Shown piece by piece: positions 33,855-44,059 of a stretch of 64,000 nucleotides of DNA. The position numbers were made by a program, and so were the translations under genes. The notes under the pieces are model-generated. The model made no database searches. It was not told the DNA's origin and saw nothing but the letters and a program-made list of their open reading frames with translations. Positions within the stretch are counted from its first letter, which is position 1; every line of letters starts with the position of its first letter. Source of the stretch: Thermoanaerobaculia bacterium (lineage in GTDB: Bacteria > Acidobacteriota > Thermoanaerobaculia > Multivoradales > Multivoraceae); assembly GCA_963666565.1 (NCBI GenBank), contig OY762911.1, positions 3,840,001 to 3,904,000 of the forward strand. Direction: 5' to 3'.

Positions 33855-35237
33855 ATGAGCAACAACGCCAGCCGGTTTCCCGAGGCTCTCGTGCTCATCT
33901 TCGCGATGATCGTGGCGGCCCAGATCCTCACGTACGTCCTGCCGGCCGGCGAGTACGAGCGCGACGGCCGCCAGGTCCTGGCCGGCACCTACCACGCGGT
34001 CGAAGCGGAGCCCCTGCCCTGGCACGCCGCCCTGACCAAGGTGCCGCGCGGGCTCGAGGCGGCGGCCGAGATCATCTTCTTCGTCTTCCTGGTCGGCGGC
34101 GCGATCGGGGTCATCCGCGCCACGGGCGCGATCGACGCCGCGATCGGGGCGGCGATCCGTTCCCTCGGAGGGCGGCCGATCCTGCTCGTCGGCGGCATGA
34201 CGACCCTGTTCGCGGTCGGCTCGTCGACCATCGGCATGGCCGAGGAGTACATGCCCTTCGTGCCGATCCTGGTCGCCATGTGCATCGCGCTCAAGATGGA
34301 CGCGGTGGTGGCCCTCGGTATGGTGTACCTCGGCGCCGGCATCGGCTACGGCACGGCGGCGATCAACCCCTTCACCGTGATGATCGCCAAGGACATCGCG
34401 GGCCAGGACCCCAGCGTCGGCTTCGGGCTTCGCTGGGCGCTGCTGGCGCTCATGCTTGCGGTCGGCGTCCACCACATCCTGCGCTACGCCCGCCGCATCG
34501 AGGCCGACCCGGAACGGAGCCTGGTGCGCGACATCGACTACTCGGGCGGCGGCCACGAACTGAGCGCCGCCGACCTCACGCCGGCCCGGCTCGGCATCCT
34601 CGGCGCCTTCGCCGCGATGATCGGCCTCTTCGTCTGGGGCGTCAACGCGCACGGCTGGTACCTGGTGGAGCTCGCGGCGCTGTTCCTGGGCGTCACGATC
34701 ATCTCGGCCGTGCTGGGCCGGGTGTCGGCGAACCGGACCGCCAGGGCCTTCACCAGCGGCGCCGCCGAACTGACCGGCACCGCCCTGCTGATCGGCTTCG
34801 CGCGGACGATCGAGGTCGTGCTCTCGGACGCCAGGGTCATCGACACCGTGATCCACGGCATCGCCTCGCTGCTCCAGCGGGCGGAGGCGCTCGGTTCCGG
34901 CGCCGCCGTCGTCTCGGCGTGGGGCATGCTGGCGGTGCAGAGCGTCTGCAACTTCCTGATTCCCTCGGGCAGCGGGCAGGCCTACGTGACGATGCCGATC
35001 ATGGCGCCGCTCGCGGACCTCACCGGAGTGGGCCGCGAGACCTCGGTGCTCGCCTACCAGCTCGGCGACGGGCTGATGAACCTGATCGTGCCGACGAACG
35101 CGCTGCTCATGGGCATGCTGCTGCTGGCGCGCATCCCCTACCAGCGCTGGCTGCGGTTCGTGCTGCCGGCCATCGTCAAGCTCTACGTCGTCGCGATGGC
35201 GGTGCTGGCGGTGGCGGCGCTGGTGCGCTTCGAGTAG
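33855..35237 (+). CDS. YfcC/DcuC-like (C4-dicarboxylate or basic amino acid) carrier
   Basis: [52 protein letters not shown]. Confidence 0.88.
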   Translation: MSNNASRFPEALVLIFAMIVAAQILTYVLPAGEYERDGRQVLAGTYHAVEAEPLPWHAALTKVPRGLEAAAEIIFFVFLVGGAIGVIRATGAIDAAIGAAIRSLGGRPILLVGGMTTLFAVGSSTIGMAEEYMPFVPILVAMCIALKMDAVVALGMVYLGAGIGYGTAAINPFTVMIAKDIAGQDPSVGFGLRWALLALMLAVGVHHILRYARRIEADPERSLVRDIDYSGGGHELSAADLTPARLGILGAFAAMIGLFVWGVNAHGWYLVELAALFLGVTIISAVLGRVSANRTARAFTSGAAELTGTALLIGFARTIEVVLSDARVIDTVIHGIASLLQRAEALGSGAAVVSAWGMLAVQSVCNFLIPSGSGQAYVTMPIMAPLADLTGVGRETSVLAYQLGDGLMNLIVPTNALLMGMLLLARIPYQRWLRFVLPAIVKLYVVAMAVLAVAALVRFE

Positions 35238-35268
35238 TCGCCGCCGCGCGGCGCCGTTCTTCTCGGAA

Positions 35269-35292
35269 GCGGGTCGGAAGACCCGCGCACCC
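35269..35292 (-). repeat. REP-like palindrome (single copy)
   Basis: Exact reverse complement of GGGTGCGCGGGTCTTCCGACCCGC, between convergent genes. Confidence 0.85.
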
Positions 35293-35327
35293 ACCCAGTG
35301 TGCAACGCGGCGGGCGCGCGCAGACGG

Positions 35328-36179
35328 CTACAGGTTCAGCTTCGCAGGGAGGTAGCGGTCGATCAGGCCCTGGTAGTAGGGCCGCAGCTCGGCTGCGTCC
35401 GGCGGACGATCGCTCTTCGAGTAGAGGTCGTAGCCGTTGAAGAGCCGGACCCAGGCGAACATCTCCCGGTCGCGGTCGTCCATCAGCTCCCCGTACGCGC
35501 CTTCGCGGTGGCAGGCGTAGAAGGAGTGGTAGCGGATCATGTAGAGGGCCGGTTCCGGCAGGCAGTCGCGGAGCGCCTGGTAGAGGTACTCGTCGTGGCC
35601 CCAGGACAGGTGGACCCGGCCAAGGCCGCAGCCCGGCTCGTACACGCCGAGCGGCGTCGAGTAGGCCGGATTCGCCGCGTCCGGGTTGCCCTCGAACAGT
35701 TCCGGGTAGACGATACGGTCCGAGAACGCGCAGCCGACCGGGAAGGTGTCGCCGACCACCGCCCACTGCGGCTCGCCCCAGAGGCAGAGCACCTTGCCCA
35801 GGTCGTGGACGAGTCCGGTCAGCACGAACCAGTCCGGGTGGCCGTCGGCCCGGATCGCCTCGGCGGTCTGCAGCAGGTGGTCGAGCTGCGAGAGATCGAG
35901 GTCCGGATCCGAATCGTCGACCAGGGTGTTCAGGAACTCGAGCGCCTCCCAGGCCGAGAGTTCGGCCCGGTCGAAGGTGAGGTACTCCCCCTTCTTGTCC
36001 TGGACGAAGTCCCAGGTCTGGTGGCGGTGGTTCAGCCGGTAGAACTCGCGCACCGTGTCGCGCGGCGGCGCCTCGAAGTCGCGGTAGTCCTCCCGCCGCT
36101 TGCCGCCGGCTTCCGCCGGCGCCGGATAGAGCTCGGCAACGAAGTCGTCCCAGTCGTCCAGTCGCTCGAACGGTGCCAT
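35328..36179 (-). CDS. miox: myo-Inositol oxygenase (di-iron HD-domain enzyme)
   Basis: [63 protein letters not shown]. Confidence 0.93.
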   Translation of the reverse strand: MAPFERLDDWDDFVAELYPAPAEAGGKRREDYRDFEAPPRDTVREFYRLNHRHQTWDFVQDKKGEYLTFDRAELSAWEALEFLNTLVDDSDPDLDLSQLDHLLQTAEAIRADGHPDWFVLTGLVHDLGKVLCLWGEPQWAVVGDTFPVGCAFSDRIVYPELFEGNPDAANPAYSTPLGVYEPGCGLGRVHLSWGHDEYLYQALRDCLPEPALYMIRYHSFYACHREGAYGELMDDRDREMFAWVRLFNGYDLYSKSDRPPDAAELRPYYQGLIDRYLPAKLNL

Positions 36180-36257
36180 GGGCGATACGCTAGCGGAACT
36201 GGCCGCCAAGGTGGTGCCGGCCTCGGCCCCCACCGACACGAGAAAGGCGAACCCACC

Positions 36258-36611
36258 GTGCCCTACACCGTCTACAAGCTGCTGCATGTGCTGGGAGCGC
36301 TGATGGTCCTCGCCGCGGCGGGCGGCGTCGCCGTCCACGCCGCCAACGGAGGACGCCGCGAGGACAACGCCCAGCGCGGTCTCCTCGCCGCCATGCACGG
36401 CGTCGGCCTGGTCCTGAGCGTCGTCGCAGGCTTCGGCATGCTCGGCGCCAGTCTGCCCGGCTGGGCCTGGGCCAAGCTGGCCATCTGGCTGCTCTTCGGG
36501 GCCTCGCTGACCCTCGCCTACCGCGGCCAGACCCTCGCCCGAGCGCTGATCGTCGTCCTGCCGCTGCTGGCGGCGGCCGCCGCCTGGCTGGCGCTCTACA
36601 AGCCCTTCTGA
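36258..36611 (+). CDS. Small four-TM membrane protein
   Basis: [13 protein letters not shown]...HGVGL...GFGML...WAWAKLAIW...LYKPF; SD AAAGG before GTG. Confidence 0.8.
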   Translation: MPYTVYKLLHVLGALMVLAAAGGVAVHAANGGRREDNAQRGLLAAMHGVGLVLSVVAGFGMLGASLPGWAWAKLAIWLLFGASLTLAYRGQTLARALIVVLPLLAAAAAWLALYKPF

Positions 36612-36852
36612 GACGGACCCGAGCCCGCCGGCCCTTCCGTCAGGAACAGGTCAGCAACAAGTCACGTCCGGCCAGCGTCCGGCGGAGCCACAATCGGGCG
36701 TCCGCAGCGAGCGCGACTGTCTCGCCGCGGACGCAGGAACGGGCTCGGGCCCTTCAAGGGGCAGGGCGCGGACCCGTTTCGGCGCCGGGCGATGCGACTT
36801 CGTCGCGCCGTCCGGCGCCACCTGCCCGGGGCGACCCTCCGGGCCCGGCCGC

Positions 36853-37758
36853 TCAGGGGAAGATGCAGGTTGGACAGTCCCCGGCGGCGGCCGCCAGCGC
36901 GCGGTCGGCCTCGCACTGGTAGACCGGACTGCTCGAGCGTTTCGTCCGGGCGTCGCCGCCGAGCATCGCTTCGCGCTTCCAGTCGTCGTCGGACGCCCAC
37001 CTGTAGGGCAGCATCTTCACTGCGCCCGGCCGCTCCAGCTCGTCCATGGCCGCAAGCGCGGCGCGGACGATCTCCCGCTGCATCTCCGGCGCCTTCGGTT
37101 TCCCGGCGGTGTGGCCGAGCGGGAAGTCGAGGAAGGTCGCCCGCGGCGGATCGACGGAGCGGGTGATCGAGAGAGCGGACGTCAGCGACGTCGTCGGAAT
37201 CCCGTCCGCCTCGAGCCGGCGCGCGATCAGTCCCACGGACTGATGGCAGACCGGTCACACGGGGACCAGCAGCGCCAGGTCGACCTGGTCCTCCGCCAGC
37301 CTGCGGCCGATCTCCGGCGCCAGCGTCTCGCGGACGCGGCGGGCGGAGTAGATCCCTCCCATGAAGGCGTAGGCCCGCGGCGACAGTTCCCCGATCGCGC
37401 CCTCCGCGGCCAGCGCCCGCAGCGGCTCGATCGGGAAGACGACGTTCGGGTCGACCCGGGCGTCGGTCTGGTCGTAGGCGAAGTGGCTCGTCCGCAGTTC
37501 CGCGACGGGAACGGAGACGTCGATCGCGCGCAGCGAGATGTCGTCCCGGTGATGGAAGGCGGGTTGCCCGGCCCGGTACACGCCGCCGGAGCCCACCAGC
37601 CCCACCCGGCACTCGCCGAGGGGCTTCGCGAGCTCGGTCCACGGCGGCGGGCTCTCGCTGCGCACCCACCGGTAGGGATCGTGACCCAGGCTGGAGTACA
37701 GCTCGCGCGTACGAACGATGTGATCGACCGGCGGTCTTCGCGTCGTCATGGCGTCCAT
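36853..37758 (-). CDS. Selenoprotein of the PrdB/GrdB (reductase selenoprotein B) family; in-frame TGA at 37257-37255 read as Sec
   Basis: The end of ORF 37255-39687 and ORF 36853-37236 are one frame joined by a single TGA: VDLALLVPV-U-PVCHQSVGLIARRLEADGIPT; DPNVVFPI and FPLGHTAGKP family motifs; start 37758 or 37749. Confidence 0.88.
37216..37254 (-). promoter_or_regulatory. Bacterial SECIS-like hairpin
   Basis: Immediately 3' of the UGA: CCGGUCUGCC-AUCAGUCC-GUG-GGACUGAU-CGCGCGCCGG; perfect 8-bp upper stem; G-starting loop 18 nt from the UGA. Confidence 0.75.
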
Positions 37759-37785
37759 TCTGACCCAAGATAGGATGCGCGCTGC

Positions 37786-38283
37786 ATGACGACCGAGGAA
37801 CGGCCAGCGTCGGCGCCCGATCCGGGCGCCCCGCACGTGGAGAGGAGCGGCCGGCTCGACCTTCCCGAATCCGAATGGCGGTCCCGGCTTGGCGACGACG
37901 AGTTCCGGGTTCTGCGCCGCGAAGCGACGGAGCGGCCCTTCACTTCGGCCCTCGACCGGGAGCACCGGCAGGGCGTCTTCCTGTGCGCCGGCTGCGGCGC
38001 CGAGCTGTTCCGGTCGGACGCCAAGTTCGACAGCGGCACCGGCTGGCCCAGCTTCTTCCAGCCGATCGCCGGCGCCGTCGACACGAAGCGCGACTTCAAG
38101 CTGATCATGCCCCGCACCGAGTACCACTGCGCCCGTTGCGGCGGCCACCAGGGCCACGTCTTCAACGACGGGCCGGCGCCGACCGGCCTGCGCTACTGCA
38201 ACAACGGCGTCGCCCTGCGCTTCCGGCCGGAGTCCGAAGGCGACCCGGAAGCTCGACGTACCGCCCCAGGCAAGGAGGACTGA
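37786..38283 (+). CDS. msrB: Peptide methionine (R)-sulfoxide reductase
   Basis: TERPFT, CAGC, KFDSGTGWPSF, RTEYHCARCGGHQGHVFNDGP, RYCNNG. Confidence 0.96.
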   Translation: MTTEERPASAPDPGAPHVERSGRLDLPESEWRSRLGDDEFRVLRREATERPFTSALDREHRQGVFLCAGCGAELFRSDAKFDSGTGWPSFFQPIAGAVDTKRDFKLIMPRTEYHCARCGGHQGHVFNDGPAPTGLRYCNNGVALRFRPESEGDPEARRTAPGKED

Positions 38284-38286
38284 ACG

Positions 38287-39918
38287 ATGTCGACCACCGC
38301 GCCCACCCGCCGCGCCGCCGGAGCGATCCTGGCCGCCGGCCTCGTCCTGACCCTGGCTTGCGGCGGCGAGCAAGTCGAGCCCCTCACCGCCAGCGTGAAC
38401 ACGGCGCTCGGCGCCGTCGAGGGCCGGGAACTCGAATCGGGAGTCCTCCGGTTCGCCGGCATCCCCTACGCGGCGCCGCCGGTCGGCGACCTCCGCTGGC
38501 GGCCGCCCCAGCCGGCCGCCGCCTGGGAGGGCAGCCGCGACGCCTCGGACTTCTCCGCCGCCTGCTGGCAGCCGCTGTCCCCTCCCGGTTCCTTCTACGA
38601 CGCCGGAGAGATCGAGCGCAGCGAGGACTGCCTCTACCTGAACGTGTGGACCGGCGCCGACCATGCCGGCGCCGCCCTGCCCGTGCTGGTCTGGATCCAC
38701 GGCGGCGGTCTCCAGACCGGCACCGGCAGCACCTTCCTCTACGACGGCGAGAGTCTGGCCAACCGGGGCGTCGTGCTGGTGACGATCAACTACCGGCTCG
38801 GGCCGATCGGCTTCCTGGCTCATCCCGAACTCTCGGCCGAGGCCGAACTCCCGGAGGAGATCGGGGCGCCCGCCTCGGGCAACTACGGCATCCTGGACCA
38901 GATCGCGGCGCTCAAGTGGGTGCAGGCGAACGTCGCGGCCTTCGGCGGCGACCCCGGCCGGGTGACGATCTTCGGCGAGTCCGCCGGATCCTGGAGCGTG
39001 AACTACCTGACGGCGACGCCGCTCGCCGCGGGCCTGTTCCACCGCGCGATAGGCCACAGCGGCGGCATCTTCTGGCCCATGCCGCAGCTTGCGGACGCCG
39101 AGGCCGAGGGCGTCCGCGTCGCCGAGCGGCTCGGCGCCGGCGGCCTCGACGCGATGCGCGCCGCGAGCGTCGAGGAGGTCTACGAAGCGGCCGGCGCCTC
39201 CGACGCCCTCGGCTTCGTGGGCGTCAGCGACGGCTACGCGTTCCCGCGGGACGTCCACGACCTGTTCGCCGCCGGCGAGCAGAACGACGTCGACACGATC
39301 GTGGGCTTCAACAGCGACGAAGGCACCGCTCTCTTCGCCGGCCCCCCGGGCACGACCGTCGCGGACTACCGCCAGTCGCTGGCCGCGAACTACGGCGAGC
39401 ACGCCGACGCGATGTTCGCGGTCTACCCCGCCGAGACCGACGACCAGGCGCGCGAGGCCGCGTACGAGAACCTCGCCGACCAGTTCTTCGCCTGGCAGAT
39501 GCGGACCTGGGCCAGGCTGCAGAGCCGCACCGGAGAGCGGCCGATCCGGATGTACTTCTTCTCCCGCGTGCCGCCCTGGGACGAAGCGGAGACCTACGGC
39601 TCGTACCACGCGGCGGAGATCGTCTACGCCTTCGACAACCTGCACAAGACCGGCGAGACGAGGGACGAGATCGGTCCCTTCAACCATGCCTGGGACGACA
39701 CGGACCGGGCCCTCGCCGACACGATGGCGAGCTACTGGGTGAACTTCGCCGCAACCGGCGATCCGAACGGCGACGGCCTCCCCGACTGGCCCGTCTACGA
39801 TCCCGACGCGGACGGCGTCCTCGAACTGGGCGACGAGATCGGCGTGATCCAGGGCCTGCTCGAGGACCGGCTGGACGCCTTCGACGCCTACTACGAAGAC
39901 CTCCGCGGCAACGGTTAG
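38287..39918 (+). CDS. Carboxylesterase type B lipoprotein
   Basis: Lipobox TLAC; SEDCLYLNVWT, WIHGGG, FGGDPGRVTIFGESAG, YHAAEI. Confidence 0.93.
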   Translation: MSTTAPTRRAAGAILAAGLVLTLACGGEQVEPLTASVNTALGAVEGRELESGVLRFAGIPYAAPPVGDLRWRPPQPAAAWEGSRDASDFSAACWQPLSPPGSFYDAGEIERSEDCLYLNVWTGADHAGAALPVLVWIHGGGLQTGTGSTFLYDGESLANRGVVLVTINYRLGPIGFLAHPELSAEAELPEEIGAPASGNYGILDQIAALKWVQANVAAFGGDPGRVTIFGESAGSWSVNYLTATPLAAGLFHRAIGHSGGIFWPMPQLADAEAEGVRVAERLGAGGLDAMRAASVEEVYEAAGASDALGFVGVSDGYAFPRDVHDLFAAGEQNDVDTIVGFNSDEGTALFAGPPGTTVADYRQSLAANYGEHADAMFAVYPAETDDQAREAAYENLADQFFAWQMRTWARLQSRTGERPIRMYFFSRVPPWDEAETYGSYHAAEIVYAFDNLHKTGETRDEIGPFNHAWDDTDRALADTMASYWVNFAATGDPNGDGLPDWPVYDPDADGVLELGDEIGVIQGLLEDRLDAFDAYYEDLRGNG

Positions 39919-40065
39919 GCGTCGACGCCACCGAAGCGCGTCTTTGTGCTAGCGTCCCGCCATCAGGCAGTGGGTGCAGAGCTCACGCGGCGAACCAGGA
40001 TGCGCCTGTCGTTCTCGAGCGTTGATTGATGTGGAACCCCGGAGCCGAGAAACAGGAGCAGCAGA

Positions 40066-40329
40066 ATGGCAACGAGAATCTACGTGGGGAACCTCCCCTT
40101 CGACACGACGGAAGAGGCGGTTCGCGCGCTGTTCCAGGCACACGGCGACGTGAGCGAGGTTTCGCTGATCAACGACCGTGAGACCGGCCGGCCGCGGGGC
40201 TTCGGCTTCGTCGAGATGGCGAGCGGAGGCCAGGAGGCCATTTCCGCCCTGGACCGGCAGCAGTTCGGAGGTCGCACCCTCCGCGTCAACGAAGCCCGGC
40301 CGCGCGAGGAACGCCGGCCCCGCTGGTAG
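40066..40329 (+). CDS. RNA-binding protein (RRM)
   Basis: RNP2 IYVGNL, RNP1 RGFGFVEM, LRVNEARPR; SD AGGAG. Confidence 0.95.
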   Translation: MATRIYVGNLPFDTTEEAVRALFQAHGDVSEVSLINDRETGRPRGFGFVEMASGGQEAISALDRQQFGGRTLRVNEARPREERRPRW

Positions 40330-40412
40330 ATCGGCCTGGAAGCCTGCGCCGCCGATTCGGCGCGAAGCGAGCTCCCTGGCGCGAGGCGCCGCCCGCCACG
40401 GGTTCGGCGGCG

Positions 40413-41141
40413 TTACATCTCCGGGTAGAAGAACTGGGCCACGGCGACGTCCGCCTGCGGCGACGGCTTCAGTTCGACGATCTCGTCGCGGACGCCGCCC
40501 TTCGCCATGTTGAAGGACACGTTGACGCGCGCGGGAGCGTCCCAGAGCACGACCGCGAACTCGCCGTTCTTCTCGATCGAACCGCTCGCCTGGAAGCTGC
40601 CGTCGCCCGAGGCGACCGTGACCTCGCCGCCGCCCTTGACCGGCTTGCCGCGCCTGTCCTGGACTCTCCCCGCAAGCACCGTGCGGATGCCCGCGGGTTC
40701 CGTCGATTCGCCCTCCCGGAAGAGGATCGGGTAGAGCTGCTGGGATCCGTCGCGCTGCACCGCGACCCGAGCGATGACCGAGCGGTAGCCGTCGCGCTCG
40801 AAGGTCACGCGGACCGTGAGCCCCTCGTAGTCCTCCCGGCTGAAGATGCGGCCCATGTTGCGCAGCAGGAAGGTGCCGGTCTTGCGGCCCTTGGCGCGCA
40901 ACCTGGGCGCCGGCATGTTGTCGTTCTGGAACCAGATGTCGACGTCCGGCAGCGGGTTGCCGGCCGAGTCGAGGATGGTGCCGAACACGCGCGTGTTGTC
41001 GCGGCCGCCGACCGCGCCGGTCACGTCGCCGCCGCGCAGGTCGGCGCCCACGTTCGCCGGGCCCGGATCCTGGGCCGAGGCGGCGGACGAGACCAGGAGC
41101 AGGAGGAAGAACAGGAACGGAAACACGAGTCTCTTGGGCAT
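40413..41141 (-). CDS. Secreted protein with carboxypeptidase-regulatory-like beta-sandwich domains
   Basis: Signal MPKRLVFPFLFFLLLLVSSAASA-Q; VFGTILDSAGNPLPDVDI and LAGRVQDRRGKPV repeats. Confidence 0.75.
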   Translation of the reverse strand: MPKRLVFPFLFFLLLLVSSAASAQDPGPANVGADLRGGDVTGAVGGRDNTRVFGTILDSAGNPLPDVDIWFQNDNMPAPRLRAKGRKTGTFLLRNMGRIFSREDYEGLTVRVTFERDGYRSVIARVAVQRDGSQQLYPILFREGESTEPAGIRTVLAGRVQDRRGKPVKGGGEVTVASGDGSFQASGSIEKNGEFAVVLWDAPARVNVSFNMAKGGVRDEIVELKPSPQADVAVAQFFYPEM

Positions 41142-41309
41142 TCTGAGGTCCTCCGAACGCGTTCGCGCGTCGATCGCCGCCCGGTAGCCGCGGACGCTCG
41201 CGTACCCTATCAGCGGCGGCAGGGCGCCGACTCTTGCGGGCGCCGCGCCCCCGCCCATCCCGCCGCTCGCGCCGCTGCGCCGCGCGGCGCAATCTCCTAG
41301 GATCGTCCG

Positions 41310-42698
41310 ATGCCGCCGCCCGAACCCGTTCCGGCCGCGCCGCCGCGGCCGAGACAGATCCTGGCGGCGGTCTCGATCGGCATCGCGGCGGCTGTTCTCT
41401 TCCTGCGTTGGACGGCGCCGGACGACCCGGCGCCCGCCTTCGACGGCCCGCCCCGGGGAGTCCCGGCCCCCCTGCCGGAGCGTCCCGAGCCCGAGCCGCC
41501 GCCGCCCCTGCCGGGGGAACTCAGCGAGGCGCTCGACCTGATGGCTCAGGGGAGGCTGCGCGAGGCGCAACGGCTGATGCTCGACTTTCGTGCCGGTCCC
41601 GGCGCCGCCAACCTGTTCCCCGACCACCGCGAGACGATGACCGCGATGCTCGACCGGCTCGGCGACGACCCGGCCCTGGCGGCCGCCCTGGAGCTCGAAC
41701 GCGGCTTCGAGGACGCCGATCTCGGCCGCCTTCGCCGCACCCTCGGTTCGCTCTCGCGCGAGGGGACGGTCGCCCTCCGGCGCGACCCGCAGGCGTCCCG
41801 GCGGCTCGACGACGCGCGGCGCCTGACCGCGGAAGTCGACGCGGTCGAGGGGTTGCTCGGCAGCGACCGGCTGGCGGCGCTTCGGCTGGCGCAGGACTTC
41901 GCCCGGCGGCATCCGCGGTTCGCGGCCGGGCTCGGCTTCGAGAACCGCGCCGCGGCGGCGATCGAGGAGACCGCCGCGCGACTGATGGCGGCGAACCGCC
42001 TCGAAGAGGCCCGGACGCTGCTGGTGGAACTCAGGTCGCTCCGCGGCGACGCGGCGCCGGAGGCCGCCTCCGTCGACGCCAGGCTGTCCTCGATCGAGGC
42101 GGTGTTCCGGCGGCGGAATGACCTGGACGCCGCCATCCGGGAGATCGAGGCGCTGGGCCGGCGCCGCCCGAACGAAGCCCTGGAACTCCTGGCCGGCATG
42201 GAACGGACGCCCGAGAACCGCCGCCGGCTGGCCCAGGTGGAGTCCACGCTCAAGCTGCTGATGGACGATCTGGACCGGGGGAGCCCCGAGGTCGAGATCC
42301 TCGACGCGGACGGTTCGAGCCTGGACCGGGCCGAGTACGACGGTCGCGAGGATCTGACGTTCCTGATCCGGGCACGGGACGACTACGAGGTCGTGTCGGT
42401 GCGCTTCTTCTGGCGCTGGTTCGACCGGGAGGGGGAAGGCGACGTGGTGGAAGCGACGCTCGGACCGGTCGACGCCGCCCCGGCGCCGGGGGACGGAGAC
42501 GGCGGCGGCGAAGCCGGACGGGCCGGCGTCGCCTTCGAGGCGACGATCGCCGAAGCCGAACACGGCGGCCGCAGTCTCCAGTTCTGGGCCGAGGCAACCG
42601 ACCGCGGCGGCCGCACGGCCCGCAGCGCCGGCGCCCCGAACCGGCTCGTGCCGGAACGGCGAGGCTTCCTGCAGCGGCTACGGCTCCGCCGCCAATGA
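41310..42698 (+). CDS. Membrane-anchored hypothetical protein (helical repeats plus C-terminal Ig-like domain)
   Basis: N-terminal TM, Pro linker, helical body, IRARDDYEVVSVRF...AEATDRGG C-domain. Confidence 0.65.
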   Translation: MPPPEPVPAAPPRPRQILAAVSIGIAAAVLFLRWTAPDDPAPAFDGPPRGVPAPLPERPEPEPPPPLPGELSEALDLMAQGRLREAQRLMLDFRAGPGAANLFPDHRETMTAMLDRLGDDPALAAALELERGFEDADLGRLRRTLGSLSREGTVALRRDPQASRRLDDARRLTAEVDAVEGLLGSDRLAALRLAQDFARRHPRFAAGLGFENRAAAAIEETAARLMAANRLEEARTLLVELRSLRGDAAPEAASVDARLSSIEAVFRRRNDLDAAIREIEALGRRRPNEALELLAGMERTPENRRRLAQVESTLKLLMDDLDRGSPEVEILDADGSSLDRAEYDGREDLTFLIRARDDYEVVSVRFFWRWFDREGEGDVVEATLGPVDAAPAPGDGDGGGEAGRAGVAFEATIAEAEHGGRSLQFWAEATDRGGRTARSAGAPNRLVPERRGFLQRLRLRRQ

Positions 42699-42769
42699 CC
42701 CGGGACGGACGTGAAACCGTTGACTGCGAGACACTTAGGGACTCGGGCCGCGCTGCTATGATCGCCGCC

Positions 42770-44023
42770 GTGGCGAACGGAACGAGCGCCCCGAACGATG
42801 CCGGGGAACCAACCGTCGAGCCGGCGATTCCCCAGCACCACGTCGAGACGACGGACCGGGACTTCGGCGGCCTCGGCCTGAAGCCGGAGATCCTGGAGGT
42901 TCTCGCCGACATCGGCTTCGAGCATCCGACGCCGATCCAGGCCGGGGTGATCCCCGACGCGCTCGCCGGCAAGGACCTGATCGGCCTGGCCGAGACCGGC
43001 TCGGGCAAGACGGCCGCCTTCGTCCTGCCGATCGTCCAGCGGCTCGGCCGGGGCGGGGGCGTGCGCGCGCTCGTCGTCTGCCCCACGCGCGAGATCGCCC
43101 TGCAGACCAAGGCATTCCTCGACCTCTTCCGCAAGAGCCGGCTCCGCATCGCCTCCGCCTGCCTGATCGGCGGCGTGAAGATCGGACCCCAGTTCGACGC
43201 GCTGCGCCGCGAACCGGACGTCCTCGTCGTGACGCCGGGACGGCTGCTGGACCACACGGAGCGCGGCACGGTGAGCCTCGGCAAGGTCGAGGAACTCGTG
43301 CTGGACGAAGCCGATCACATGCTCGACCTCGGCTTCATGCCCCAGGTGCAGCGGATCGTGACCCAGGTGCCCCGCCGGCGGCACACGATGCTGTTCTCGG
43401 CCACGATGCCGCCGCCGATCGAGCGCCTGGCCCAGCGTTACATGGACGAACCGCTGCGGGTCGACCTGGCGCCGCGAGGCGCCGCATCCGGCATCGAACA
43501 CCGGCTCTACCTCGTCGACGAGAAGGACAAGAAGAGCTGCGCCCTGGCGCTGCTCGACTCCGTCCCCGGATCGACCCTCGTCTTCACCAAGCGGCGGTCC
43601 GACGCCGAGTGGCTGTGCCGCGTGCTGGAGCGCGGCAGGCACAGCGTCGCGCGCATCCACTCGAACCGCTCGCAGAAGCACCGGGTCGCCGCGCTGGAGA
43701 GCTTCCGAGCCGGCCGCCACCGGATCCTGGTGGCGACGAACATCGCGGCCCGCGGCATCGACGTCCAGGGCATCGAGCACATCCTGAACTACGACCTGCC
43801 CGACACCGCCGAGGACTACATCCACCGCGCCGGCCGCACCGCCCGCGGCGCCGCCGAGGGAGTCGTGTCGTCGATCGGCACCTGGCTCGACAAGCCGATC
43901 GTCCGCCAGATCGAACTTGCGCTCGGCAACGCGCTGCCCCGCTGCGAAGTGGAAGGCGTGGCCCCCTACCGCGAGATGCGTTCGCTCAACGAGCGCCGCC
44001 GCCGTTCTCCTCTGCGGCGCTAG
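42770..44023 (+). CDS. DEAD-box RNA helicase
   Basis: Q-motif PTPIQ, AETGSGKT, PTREIA, TPGR, DEAD, SAT, ARGID, HRAGRTAR; start uncertain (42758 or 42770). Confidence 0.95.
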   Translation: MANGTSAPNDAGEPTVEPAIPQHHVETTDRDFGGLGLKPEILEVLADIGFEHPTPIQAGVIPDALAGKDLIGLAETGSGKTAAFVLPIVQRLGRGGGVRALVVCPTREIALQTKAFLDLFRKSRLRIASACLIGGVKIGPQFDALRREPDVLVVTPGRLLDHTERGTVSLGKVEELVLDEADHMLDLGFMPQVQRIVTQVPRRRHTMLFSATMPPPIERLAQRYMDEPLRVDLAPRGAASGIEHRLYLVDEKDKKSCALALLDSVPGSTLVFTKRRSDAEWLCRVLERGRHSVARIHSNRSQKHRVAALESFRAGRHRILVATNIAARGIDVQGIEHILNYDLPDTAEDYIHRAGRTARGAAEGVVSSIGTWLDKPIVRQIELALGNALPRCEVEGVAPYREMRSLNERRRRSPLRR

Positions 44024-44059
44024 TCGGAGCCGCCAGCCCCCTCTTCGCAGGCTCACGGT

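Noticed and set aside
37255-39687. 810-aa minus-strand ORF as a single protein ending at 37255
   Set aside because: The first ~640 codons are antisense to msrB and the esterase; only the last ~167 codons are real, and they continue through the Sec codon
40413-42563. 716-aa ORF
   Set aside because: Only the part from ATG 41141 (signal peptide, SD) is credible; the rest is antisense to the 41310 gene
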